From NCBI GenBank assembly GCA_963665845.2, contig OY762492.1:2752001-2816000 (forward strand): a stretch of DNA of 64,000 bases, written 5' to 3'. How positions within the stretch are numbered: the stretch's first letter is position 1; the number at the start of each line of letters is the position of its first letter. A program made the translations under genes and the position numbers. This DNA comes from Candidatus Poribacteria bacterium (lineage in GTDB: Bacteria; Poribacteria; WGA-4E; GCA-2687025). The notes under the pieces are model-generated. The model had not been told where the DNA came from, ran no database searches, and saw nothing but the letters and a program-made list of their open reading frames with translations. Positions 1 to 9,176 of this stretch are shown one piece after another.

Positions 1-3000
1 CCTTCACCTTCCCCCATTGCGTCAGCAGGTCCTGATCGCCCGCCGGTTTCACCTCAACGATCTCGCTCATGGAGCTGCGGTTCATGGTGCCGAGGTTTTC
101 CAGCCTGTAGTAGTACGTTTTTTGAGCCTCCGCCGTCTCGTCCGTCGTTTGATACGCGATCGGATCGTCGGAGTAGGGTCGGTAGGAGGCGCGCATCTTG
201 TCGGGAACGGGCGCGAACGGTCCGTCCGGCGATTCTGAACGCAGGATCCGCCATCCGATATTGCCGCGCTCCTGCGTCGATGTCCACTCTATGATCAGAT
301 CGCCGGCGAGCGTCCATTTCGCCCGCAGATCTTCGATGGCGCTGGGAGGCGGCATTTGAAACGGCGCGATGCCGCTTCGCCTCGAATCGCCGAGGCCGGT
401 TGTCCAGTCGGCGCGGTGTATCGTGTACGGCGTGTCCCAAACAAAGAGCCGCCCCCCGATCTCAGGGAAGTTGATCGGATCGTCCGGGTCCGCCTCTTCG
501 CGGAATGTGCCGGCAATCAGCTCGGCGGTTCCGTCGCCGTCCAGATCGGCAAGCGTCGGGCTTCCGAAAACGCCGACCGGCAGCGCGGCGAAGTCGAAGA
601 TGGAGCCGTCTGCCTCGATGAAATAGACGACGCTGCCGTAGTTCCGTCCGTAATTTCCGACCGCGATGATTTCAGACGCGCCGTCGCCGTCCAGATCGGC
701 AAGAAGCGGCGTCGACTGTCCATAGGAGGAGAGCGGTATCGGAAACGGCTCCATTTCGGTTCCGTCGGCGTTCCATACATAAAGGTAGCTGTCCCTGTCC
801 ATCGCGGCAATTTCAGATTGTCCGTCTCCGTCGATGTCGCCGACGCTGACGGGGGAGTTGATGTTGTTGATAATCGGCGCGGGAAATCCGCTTTCGATAT
901 TTGAAACCGCGCTGACTGCCGAAATTCCGCTAAAGGTTCCGTTGCTGAGAAAGGCGAAGAGAAGCGACATGTCCTTGTCGTCCAGCATGGCGAGCATGGG
1001 CGCCGCCTGCGAATTTGGGCCGGTTTCATATTCCAACGGGTATCCGTTGCGCAGCTCAAGGTTTTCATCCCAGCTCAAGACGGGACCGCCGTATGAGGTC
1101 TGGTAGATTTCAATTTTGCCGTCTAGGTTGATGTCGCCGGCAATCGGCGCTGTGTACACATTCACATCGCCCATCTCAATCGGGAAGCCTTGAATCATGT
1201 CTCCGTCCGCTTCAAAAGCGTACACGCCGGGCGCCTCGTCGGAGGCGGAAACAAGGATTTCCAGACCTGGATCCTCGTCAATGCTGGCGAGGGTCGGGTT
1301 GGATAGAATGACGCTGGCCGTTTCGGCGGGGAAGCCTGGTCGGAGAACTCCGTTGGACGACCAGACATAAACCCTCCGATCCGCAGTCGCAACAATTTCC
1401 ATCGTTCCGTCTCGATCCAGATCGCCGACCGCGACGGAGCCGATAATCGGCGCGCCGACCGTCTGCGGCCAACCCGGCAGCATCTCGCCGTTCGCATCGA
1501 ATCCGTAGACATTTCGGTCGTATCCGCCGACAAAGATTTCGAGCCTGCCGTCTCCGTCAATATCGACCGCGGCGGGCGATGTGATGATGTCGTCTTCAGT
1601 TTCAAACGGAAACCCTTCGCGCACAACAAGGCTGCTTTGAGGCATATTGGGCGTTGGACGCGGACGCGCAAGAACAGGGTCGGAATAGGAGCCGATCAAT
1701 CCGTCAAGGAGTATCGGAGCGACCGCAAAATAGTAGTCAACCCCGTTTTCCATCCCTTCAAGTATGATCCAGTTGTTTGGAGTCGCGAGGGGGTTCTCCA
1801 GATTTTCAGGGTCATTTCCCCATAGAATGCTGTACCCCGCCGTTCCTTCGATGGTGTCCCAGTTCAGCTCAACGCCCCCGTTCAGATTCGTCACCTCAAT
1901 GTCTCGTATCGGTCCTGCAACGGCTTCGCCTTCGACCAGGGTGATCGCCTGGGAGGGGGGGCTTGCTTGTCCGGCGCTGTTGACGGCGCGCACCCGATAG
2001 ACGCGCGCGTTGTCGTCCAGATCGGAGATCGGATACGGCGGCGCCGAAGCGTCCCCAACCGTCTCGCCGTCCGCCTCAATGCGGTAGGTCAATCCGCTCT
2101 CTTCGTTCGGCGTCCATGTCAGCGAAGCGGAGCTGCCGTCCACCTCCGCGGCGACGCCGGTCGGCGGACGCGGCACGTCTAGAAACTGGTAGGCGTCAAT
2201 GAGTCCATTGCCGTATTCAGGCGTCCATGCGGCGTCCCTTCCGGCGCCGCGCGCCCGTTCGAGAGCCTCCACCTGGGTTGTCCTCGGACTTTTTTGAAGC
2301 AGCATGGCGGCAAGTCCGCTCACATGCGCCGCGGCAAGGCTGGTTCCCGCGTTGATCGAGTTGCGTCCATCCGCCGTCTGCCGAAAGGGATGGAGTCGGT
2401 CAACTGCATGCTGCGAAAAAGGAGAGACGATGATTCTTCCCGGCGCCATGATGTCCGGCTTTTCTCCGCCGTCGGTTCGCGGCCCGATGCTGGAAAAGCC
2501 GGAGCGCGTTCCAAAATCCTCCGGAAACGAGGTGATCACATAAAAACCTTCCAGCGTCTGCCAGATGTTGCGGGTGGAGACGGAGCCGACCGCGATGATC
2601 TCATCAGCGTCGGCAGGCGCGGCGACCATGTAATTGCCGTCAGGGACAACCGACTGCGGATCGTTCGGAACATGGACGAATCTTGAGCGTATGGCGTATA
2701 GATGCATGACGCCGTCGCCCTGCAGCTCAATCACATACGGATTTTGGCTGATGTGAATGCCAAGGTTTCCGAATTGACGGTATGAGACGATCATGCGGTT
2801 GAGGTCCGAGTACAACGGGCTTGGGGCATCGTGACTGAAGTTGATCAGCAGGTTTTCTACAGGACCTTCAGGAACCCAGAAAATTTTATCGTCCCCTGGC
2901 TCCGCCAGCTCAAACCCGAAGGAATCATGCCCGCCGTCGTCGGTCGGGAAAAGCGCCTGGGCGGAGATGCTGCTGCTGGAGGGCGACCATCCTTCCACAA

Positions 3001-4075
3001 AGAAACTGTTCGAGCCGAAATACGGCTGCACATAAACACGTTTCGGCGGATCGCCGGCTTTCAGTTCGATGTACGCATGGGCGTTGTCGTCGCCGCCGTT
3101 GCCTGCCGCTGCGACCATGACTCGCCCAGGGCGCGCGCGCGCGAGCGTCTGGAGCGCTTCTTGCAGGGGACCGCGCCCGTCGAGAGGCACGAGGCCTCTG
3201 TATCCGAAACTGATATTGAGAACGCAAGGCATGTTGAGCTGCTGCGCTTTCCCCATGATGAAGTTGGCGGCGTCCAGAACGTCAGCGGTGAAATAGCTGG
3301 TTCGTACGGCGATGATGCCCGCCTTCGGAGCGACGCCGACATAACGCGGCGAGGAATTCCCCTCGGGCGTCTCTCCGTCGTCAACGCGCCCGTTGCCCGC
3401 GGCGGCGCCGGCGAGGGCGGTGCCATGCCCAGAACGGTCGATCAGATCGGCAACCCCGGCGTTGATGTCCGCCTGCGTCCACTCGGTGCCGTAGGTGAAC
3501 CCTTCGGGGATGCGCTCCGCCCGCGTGTTGATCTGATCCCATGCGGCAAGGACGCGCGTGGCGCCCGTTTCCGTTTTGAAACCTGGATGGTAAAGGTCAA
3601 GCCCTGTGTCGATAAATCCGATGACCGCATTCTCGCCGGTGATAGCGGGGTCGGCGAGATGAAGCTGGTCGGCGCCGATGGCGGGTACGCTGATGTCCAG
3701 CGACGGCGCCATCGGTTCCACTTTCCGCGGCCCTTCAAGATAAAGCAGCTCCGGGGCGGACGCCAGCGCGGAAAGACGATGCGGCTCTATCTCAAGCGTC
3801 GCAATGCTGCCGATGATCGAGTTGATGCGGACGCCGTACCGCTGGAGCGAACGCGGGTCGCCCGCCGTTTTCACAATCACAGGCATCCGCCCGTTCCGCG
3901 TCATACCTTTTAAAAGCTGCGCGCGGTCAAGGCGCGAATCGCGCTCCGCATGCAGAAGCGTATGCAGCATCGGATCGATTTTGCGCCGTTCGTCGATGGT
4001 CAGCGAAGCCGCGGCGGCGGTAAAGGCGAATACGCATAAGGTTGCAGTCAACAAAGCAGTCGATCGTGTTCGCAT
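1..4075 (-). CDS. Secreted S8 (subtilisin-family) serine peptidase with a probable FN3-like segment and FG-GAP/VCBS-type repeats; 3' end runs off the window
   Basis: Hand-translated in parts; absent from the ORF track. ATG at 4075, signal-peptide-like MRTRSTALLTATLCVFAFTAAAAS. Catalytic motifs VIGFIDTG (Asp), GHGTALAGAAAG (His), AGTSLAAAHVSG (Ser). Repeats such as AVDIDGDGRLEIFVG and VGDLDRDGTMEIVA. The same frame at position 1 reads LLTQWGKVK. Confidence 0.88.
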   Translation of the reverse strand, partial: MRTRSTALLTATLCVFAFTAAAASLTIDERRKIDPMLHTLLHAERDSRLDRAQLLKGMTRNGRMPVIVKTAGDPRSLQRYGVRINSIIGSIATLEIEPHRLSALASAPELLYLEGPRKVEPMAPSLDISVPAIGADQLHLADPAITGENAVIGFIDTGLDLYHPGFKTETGATRVLAAWDQINTRAERIPEGFTYGTEWTQADINAGVADLIDRSGHGTALAGAAAGNGRVDDGETPEGNSSPRYVGVAPKAGIIAVRTSYFTADVLDAANFIMGKAQQLNMPCVLNISFGYRGLVPLDGRGPLQEALQTLARARPGRVMVAAAGNGGDDNAHAYIELKAGDPPKRVYVQPYFGSNSFFVEGWSPSSSSISAQALFPTDDGGHDSFGFELAEPGDDKIFWVPEGPVENLLINFSHDAPSPLYSDLNRMIVSYRQFGNLGIHISQNPYVIELQGDGVMHLYAIRSRFVHVPNDPQSVVPDGNYMVAAPADADEIIAVGSVSTRNIWQTLEGFYVITSFPEDFGTRSGFSSIGPRTDGGEKPDIMAPGRIIVSPFSQHAVDRLHPFRQTADGRNSINAGTSLAAAHVSGLAAMLLQKSPRTTQVEALERARGAGRDAAWTPEYGNGLIDAYQFLDVPRPPTGVAAEVDGSSASLTWTPNEESGLTYRIEADGETVGDASAPPYPISDLDDNARVYRVRAVNSAGQASPPSQAITLVEGEAVAGPIRDIEVTNLNGGVELNWDTIEGTAGYSILWGNDPENLENPLATPNNWIILEGMENGVDYYFAVAPILLDGLIGSYSDPVLARPRPTPNMPQSSLVVREGFPFETEDDIITSPAAVDIDGDGRLEIFVGGYDRNVYGFDANGEMLPGWPQTVGAPIIGSVAVGDLDRDGTMEIVATADRRVYVWSSNGVLRPGFPAETASVILSNPTLASIDEDPGLEILVSASDEAPGVYAFEADGDMIQGFPIEMGDVNVYTAPIAGDINLDGKIEIYQTSYGGPVLSWDENLELRNGYPLEYETGPNSQAAPMLAMLDDKDMSLLFAFLSNGTFSGISAVSAVSNIESGFPAPIINNINSPVSVGDIDGDGQSEIAAMDRDSYLYVWNADGTEMEPFPIPLSSYGQSTPLLADLDGDGASEIIAVGNYGRNYGSVVYFIEADGSIFDFAALPVGVFGSPTLADLDGDGTAELIAGTFREEADPDDPINFPEIGGRLFVWDTPYTIHRADWTTGLGDSRRSGIAPFQMPPPSAIEDLRAKWTLAGDLIIEWTSTQERGNIGWRILRSESPDGPFAPVPDKMRASYRPYSDDPIAYQTTDETAEAQKTYYYRLENLGTMNRSSMSEIVEVKPAGDQDLLTQWGKVK

Positions 4076-4170
4076 GAGGTCTCTCAATCTTTTCGATGTT
4101 CAGAGCGGACGCGCTCCTACCCGTTAAAATACATCATACACGATTCTCTGTCGAATTGCGACATGAGCGG

Positions 4171-4470
4171 GTAGTACGCTCATACGGGAATATTCGCGGC
4201 GCCGCGTCCGATGCCCCCTTGAAAAGGGGGGCTAGGGGGTTTAAAGCGCGCGCCGCGTCCGATTCCCCCCTTGAAAAGGGGGGCTAGGGGGGTTTAAAGC
4301 GCGGGCGCGCCGCCTCTGGATTCCCGCTTGCGCGGGAATGACGCGACGTGCAGACGGACGTTTAGGGTGAACGCGGATGTTTTCTGCCGGGACTCTGGAT
4401 TCCCGCTTGCGCGGGAATGCATGCCCTCGCGGGCATGTCCCCGTGAAAACGGGGAAGCGGGGGACAGCCT
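4171..4470. repeat. Composite intergenic repeat cluster: two CCCCCTTGAAAAGGGGG palindromes and two ATTCCC-N8-GGGAAT palindromes
   Basis: Palindromes near 4214 and 4265, and at 4320-4339 and 4399-4418. The leader AGTACGCTCATACGGGA(A)TATTCGCGGC recurs near 25977. Confidence 0.9.
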
Positions 4471-4523
4471 GGTTGTTGACGCCGTCTTCTCCAAAACCGG
4501 CAAGCGCCGCGCCGCGCGCGCTG

Positions 4524-4529
4524 TATAAT
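4524..4529 (+). promoter_or_regulatory. Putative -10 box for a leaderless dprA transcript
   Basis: TATAAT lies 7 nt upstream of the ATG at 4537, with no Shine-Dalgarno sequence between them. Confidence 0.5.
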
Positions 4530-4536
4530 AGAAACC

Positions 4537-5505
4537 ATGCGAGCAACAGAGATCGACGAGCAAACGGCGCGCGCCGCCCTCGCCTCCACGCGGGGCGTCA
4601 ACCTGCGCCTGTTCAACCGCCTCATGCGCCGTTTCGGAAGCGCGGCGGAGGTTCTGCGCGCCGACCCCGCCGACCTGCTTTACACAGACGGCGTATCCAA
4701 TCGGCTGGCGCCGCGCATTGCCGAACGCTTTCGACGGGCAGGCGCCGTCTCGGCGCGCGCCGCTTATCTTCAAAACCTCGGATTTCAACTGGTCACCGGC
4801 GCCGACCCCGCCTATCCTGACGCGCTGCGCGATACGCCGAACGCCCCCGCCATGCTCGCCGCAAGCGGACGACTGTATTTTCCGAACCGCTCGGTCGCCA
4901 TCGTCGGACAGCGGAATCCGTCCAAACGCGGGCGCGAAGCCGCCCGATTCGCCGCCGAAACCGCCCGGCAACTTGGATGGTGCGTCGTGAGCGGGCTGGC
5001 GCTCGGCATTGACACCGAGGCGCATCGAGCCGCGCTCCGCGTCGGCGCTGACGCCTCCCCCGAACCCGCCACCATCGCCGTTCTTCCGTCCGATCCGATC
5101 GCGATCTACCCGCCCCGGCGGAAGCCGTTAGCCGATAAAATCGCCGAAAAAGGGCTGCTCGTCTCCGAGCATTTATGGGGCGAACTTCAACGCTGGATGT
5201 TCGTTCAGCGCAACCGCATCATCAGCGGTCTGTGCCGCGGAACGCTCATCATCGAAGCGGGAGAGCGGGACGGCGCGCTTCACACCGCCCGTTTCGCCGC
5301 GAAGCAGCGGCGCTCCGTCGCGGTGTGGGACTGGTCAAAAGCGCCGAATCGTTCCTTCGGCACAGCCGCCCTTGAACATTCCGGCATTTCCGCCTATCAT
5401 AAAAAAACGCTGCATCGTTGGTTTACCCGCTTGGAGCAGGGAGGTCCGTATTCCGAGATGGCGCTGTTTGAAAACGAGGTTGCATTCGACATTCAGTTGC
5501 GGTAG
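4537..5505 (+). CDS. dprA: DNA-processing protein DprA (Smf)
   Basis: Motifs VAIVGQR, VVSGLALGIDTEAHRAAL, FVQRNRIISGL and IEAGERDGALHTA. Confidence 0.92.
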   Translation: MRATEIDEQTARAALASTRGVNLRLFNRLMRRFGSAAEVLRADPADLLYTDGVSNRLAPRIAERFRRAGAVSARAAYLQNLGFQLVTGADPAYPDALRDTPNAPAMLAASGRLYFPNRSVAIVGQRNPSKRGREAARFAAETARQLGWCVVSGLALGIDTEAHRAALRVGADASPEPATIAVLPSDPIAIYPPRRKPLADKIAEKGLLVSEHLWGELQRWMFVQRNRIISGLCRGTLIIEAGERDGALHTARFAAKQRRSVAVWDWSKAPNRSFGTAALEHSGISAYHKKTLHRWFTRLEQGGPYSEMALFENEVAFDIQLR

Positions 5506-5942
5506 GCTATGCTTGTTTACAACGCTGGGCGGAACGTGTAAAATGCGCTTTACACCGCCCGCCCGCTTTGGTATAGTGTCGGGGCGGTCGGCGCTGCGCG
5601 GCGTTGAAACGCCGCAGTTGCGTTTTGTTTTGAGTTTGTGTAAAGTAACGGCGCTGCGGTTCATAAGTTGACACGGCGCGAAAAGACAGGCAGGATATGG
5701 TTTGCGGGGCGCGGCGCCCCGCGCGGAAGATGGATAGATTTTATGAAAGTTGCTTTCTTTCAGCGTCAACGGAAGGAGGCTCATCTTTAGAATAAGGCGG
5801 CTTCGTTCGGCAGCCCGCGCGTCGGGCTTCTCGGCGAAGCGGACGCCTGTTGGATGACATCACCTGAAAGATTCGGTAGAATCGTCATGTTCAACCCATC
5901 AGTAGATGGAAACGGAAACAACCAAAGGAGTTGAGGATCATC

Positions 5943-6584
5943 ATGAACAAATCATTGCGTTGGCTCTTCCCGATTGCGGCGCCGATCTTGGCGATTTCCA
6001 TGACGGCTTTCATGGCAGCCTGCGGCGGCGACGACCCGCCCGACACCACGGCCGCCGTTCTCCAATCGCCGGCTGACGGCGCGACCTTCGCTCAAGGCGC
6101 AACGGTCACGCTCCAATTCGACAAAAATCCCGGCACGGTCACCGTCAACGGAAACGCCACGGAAGGCTCCGGCAGCCGCCGCACCTTTACGGTAACGGAG
6201 GCGACCAACAACATCCTCTGGGACAACGGAGGATCTGCGACGCTCACCTTCACGCTGACGGAGCCTGACACCACGCCGCCGTCGCTCACGTCATCCACGC
6301 CCGCCGACGGCGCCACCGGCGTGGACCCAACCGTCACCAGCACGAACGGCGTCGTGCTTGAGTTCGACGAAGCCATCTCCAAAGCGGAACTGACGCTTTC
6401 CAAGGACGGCGACGACCAGGGATGGAGAAGCTCGATTGAGGGTTCGACCGTAACGGTCGTCGCCACCGGGGGCGCCGGACTGGTGAACGAAACGACCTAC
6501 ACGGTTTCCGGCTCGGTGGAAGACGCCTCCGAAAACTCGACCGACGTGAGCATCTCCTTCACGACGAAGGCGAAAGACGACTAA
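5943..6584 (+). CDS. Lipoprotein with bacterial Ig-like (SbsA/Big_5-type) domain
   Basis: Lipobox FMAA-C. Thr-rich beta protein with DTTPPSLTSSTPADGATGV...VLEFDEAI. Confidence 0.75.
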   Translation: MNKSLRWLFPIAAPILAISMTAFMAACGGDDPPDTTAAVLQSPADGATFAQGATVTLQFDKNPGTVTVNGNATEGSGSRRTFTVTEATNNILWDNGGSATLTFTLTEPDTTPPSLTSSTPADGATGVDPTVTSTNGVVLEFDEAISKAELTLSKDGDDQGWRSSIEGSTVTVVATGGAGLVNETTYTVSGSVEDASENSTDVSISFTTKAKDD

Positions 6585-6682
6585 GAATCGCGCGGCGTAG
6601 AGCGTCAGCTCCGCCGCCTATACAACTCAACTGCTCGGCGCGTTCATCGTCTCGGTGGACGCGCCTTTCTTCTTTAAAGAGA

Positions 6683-6838
6683 CGCCCGATTCCCCCTTGA
6701 AAGGGGGCGGCATCCGATTCCCCCCTTGAAAAGCGGGCGGCGTCCGATTCCCCCCTTGAAAAGCGGGCGGCGTCCGATTCCCCCCTTGAAAAGCGGGCGG
6801 CGTCCGATTCCCCCTTGAAAAGGGGGCTAGGGGGGTTT
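6683..6838. repeat. Tandem array of about five 30-bp units (GTCCGATTCCCCCCTTGAAAAGCGGGCGGC) between convergent genes
   Basis: Directly visible near-identical units, ending in the full GGGGGCTAGGGGG form. Confidence 0.92.
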
Positions 6839-6867
6839 TGCGCGGCGACAGCGATGCCTTAGCGCGC

Positions 6868-8148
6868 TCAAAAGCGGTTCGCAAACCGAATGTCCAGCGC
6901 CGCAAACCGCCCCCGCGCCAGCCGCACATAGATTCCGTTCTCCAACGCAAACCCGTACCCGCCCGACAATTTCAACCCGACCCCCGAAGCGGCCGCCGCG
7001 TCCATAAAAAAGAGCGCGTAAAGGTTCAGCGGAAACCCCTCAAAAATGCGCAGCCGGTATTCGCCGTTGAATAAAAGGCCGCGGTCGGCGCGGAATTCAT
7101 GCAGCGCATACCCCAGCAGCGAACCGGAGCCGCCGAAGATGAAACGCCGCTGGACGGGAACCTCCCCAAACGCCGCCTCTCCTTTGAGCCGAAGCAGCAA
7201 TATGTCTCGGTCAAAATCGCGCCGAAGACGCGCCCCCGCCGCCGCCCGCGACACGGCAAAATCGGAACCGAGAAGAGGAAGAGCCTGCTCAAACTCAACA
7301 AAAGAAGCCCAGTCAGGATACAGATCGTAATCGTAACGCAGGCGAAAACCGACATAACGCCCCTCGTCTATCGGCGCAATCGGATATTTTCGGGAGCGCC
7401 ATCGAAAAAGGCTCCAGTCGGTCGTCTTCGGCAGGCTTAGATGCCGTTCCGCCGTGATGTTGAACCGCGCGGCGTGGATGCCGTCGTCTATCAGCATTTC
7501 CGCGCCGATGTTGGAGCCTGTGCGCTCATAAAAATCCCGAAACTCATGCCCGAACAGCAGCGCCATCGCCTCCTGCTCCATCGGGTTCGGCGCCTCTCCG
7601 CGGTCGCGCGGGTCGGCGATGCGGCGTTTCTCCGCGGTCGCGTTCAGTTCGACGCCGAGTCTCCGCAGCAGGTTGACGCGCCCGCCCCATCGGTGGAGCC
7701 AACGCTTGCTTGAGAAGCCGTATGCCGCTTCAACATAAAGCGCGCCGTACGGCTCTTCTCGATGCGACCGCCGGCGCGTCCATTCCAGCCGCGCGCCGAG
7801 ATGATAGCCATGCGCGCGGTTGAACCCGTTCGCCGGCAGCATGTCCAGCTTGTTGATCGGATATTCTTTCACGGTCACCACGGCGACGCGCCGCTCGTCC
7901 TCCTCGGTCTTGATCTCCCATTTCACCTCTTCAAACGGCAGAACCGATTCCATCACGGCGACAGCGGTCTCAAAATGGTCAGGTCCGAGGCCGATGGCGT
8001 TCCGTATCTCAAAGGCGGAGATGAGGCGGTTGCCCTCAATGCGTATTTCATCGATCGGGTTGCCCGCGTCGTCGACAAAGCGCGTTTGCGCCGACGCGCT
8101 CGTCAGCGTCAAAGCGAGCGCGGCAAACATGGCTGCCGTAAATCGCAT
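6868..8148 (-). CDS. Omp85/BamA-TamA family outer-membrane protein with one POTRA-like domain
   Basis: Signal peptide; IDEIRIEGNRLIS POTRA-like start; FIFGGSGSLLGY barrel motif; terminal Phe. Confidence 0.72.
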   Translation of the reverse strand: MRFTAAMFAALALTLTSASAQTRFVDDAGNPIDEIRIEGNRLISAFEIRNAIGLGPDHFETAVAVMESVLPFEEVKWEIKTEEDERRVAVVTVKEYPINKLDMLPANGFNRAHGYHLGARLEWTRRRSHREEPYGALYVEAAYGFSSKRWLHRWGGRVNLLRRLGVELNATAEKRRIADPRDRGEAPNPMEQEAMALLFGHEFRDFYERTGSNIGAEMLIDDGIHAARFNITAERHLSLPKTTDWSLFRWRSRKYPIAPIDEGRYVGFRLRYDYDLYPDWASFVEFEQALPLLGSDFAVSRAAAGARLRRDFDRDILLLRLKGEAAFGEVPVQRRFIFGGSGSLLGYALHEFRADRGLLFNGEYRLRIFEGFPLNLYALFFMDAAAASGVGLKLSGGYGFALENGIYVRLARGRFAALDIRFANRF

Positions 8149-8213
8149 GCAATTTCCAAAGAAGACGTTCTTATTTTGCGGTATGATATTCTAACACACG
8201 CAGGAGTTTGAAC

Positions 8214-9173
8214 ATGAGAGCGTTGGTTACGGGCGGGTCCGGCTTTATCGGCTCCGAGGTCGTGAAACTGCTGATAGAGCGCGGGGACGCCGAAGCGTCC
8301 ATCTTTCAACGCGGCGGACTGCCGCCCAAACTGGAGCCGTACGCCGACAAGATAACATGTTACCGCGGCTCGGTCGGCAACTACTCGCATGTGTTGAACG
8401 CCGTTCAGCAGAGCCGCGCCGACATTCTTTTTCATTTGGGCGCGATGCTCTCCGTCCCTTCCGAAGCCGACCACTCAACCTCCATTCAGACAAACGCGGT
8501 CGGCACGTTTTATGTGCTGGAGGCGGCGCGCCTGTTCAATGTGCAGAAGGTTATTTTCGCCAGCACCTTGGCGACCTTCGGGCTGGATATTCAGGAGCCG
8601 GTCATCGGGGACGCCTCCGTTCAGCGCCCGACGCTGATCTACGGCGCGACAAAAGTGTTCGGCGAACTGCTTGGACATTTCTACCGCCGGAAATTCGACA
8701 TGGATGTGCGCGGCTTGCGCTACCCGTCCGTTGTCGGACCTGGCGTTGCGAGCCCTGGGATCGTTCAGTACACCTCCTGGGTCATCGAAGAATCGGCGAA
8801 GGGGAACCCGTTTTCGATCTGGCTCAAACCGGAAACGCGCCAGCCGATCGTGTACTATAAGGACGCCGCGCTTGGAACGATCCAGCTCGCCGAGGCGCCG
8901 CGCGAGGCGATTCAGACCGTCTACTACCTGATCGACGGCGCGAAGCCGACCCCAAGCGCCCAGCAGATCGCCGACGCTGTACGCAAACGGCTGCCCAGCG
9001 CCGACATAAACTTTGACGTGGACGAAACGCTCCAAGCGACCATTGACCAGTTCCTGCGCCCCATCGACGACAGCCGAGCGCGCGCGGAATGGGGATGGAA
9101 CCCAAAATACGATCTGGACGGCATGGTGGACGACTTCATCGCCGAATGCAGACGCGCAGCGGAAACGGACTAA
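8214..9173 (+). CDS. NAD-dependent epimerase/dehydratase (extended SDR, threonine-3-dehydrogenase-like)
   Basis: TGGSGFIG Rossmann motif and YGATK catalytic motif; AGGAG RBS. Confidence 0.88.
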   Translation: MRALVTGGSGFIGSEVVKLLIERGDAEASIFQRGGLPPKLEPYADKITCYRGSVGNYSHVLNAVQQSRADILFHLGAMLSVPSEADHSTSIQTNAVGTFYVLEAARLFNVQKVIFASTLATFGLDIQEPVIGDASVQRPTLIYGATKVFGELLGHFYRRKFDMDVRGLRYPSVVGPGVASPGIVQYTSWVIEESAKGNPFSIWLKPETRQPIVYYKDAALGTIQLAEAPREAIQTVYYLIDGAKPTPSAQQIADAVRKRLPSADINFDVDETLQATIDQFLRPIDDSRARAEWGWNPKYDLDGMVDDFIAECRRAAETD

Positions 9174-9176
9174 CCC

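Noticed and set aside
4241-4625. ORFs containing VIPAQAGIQ, SFPRKRES or SPLEKGG (also near 10978, 13764, 20621, 23370, 29009, 36354, 51902 and 55444)
   Set aside because: These are translations of the intergenic repeat families, not genes.
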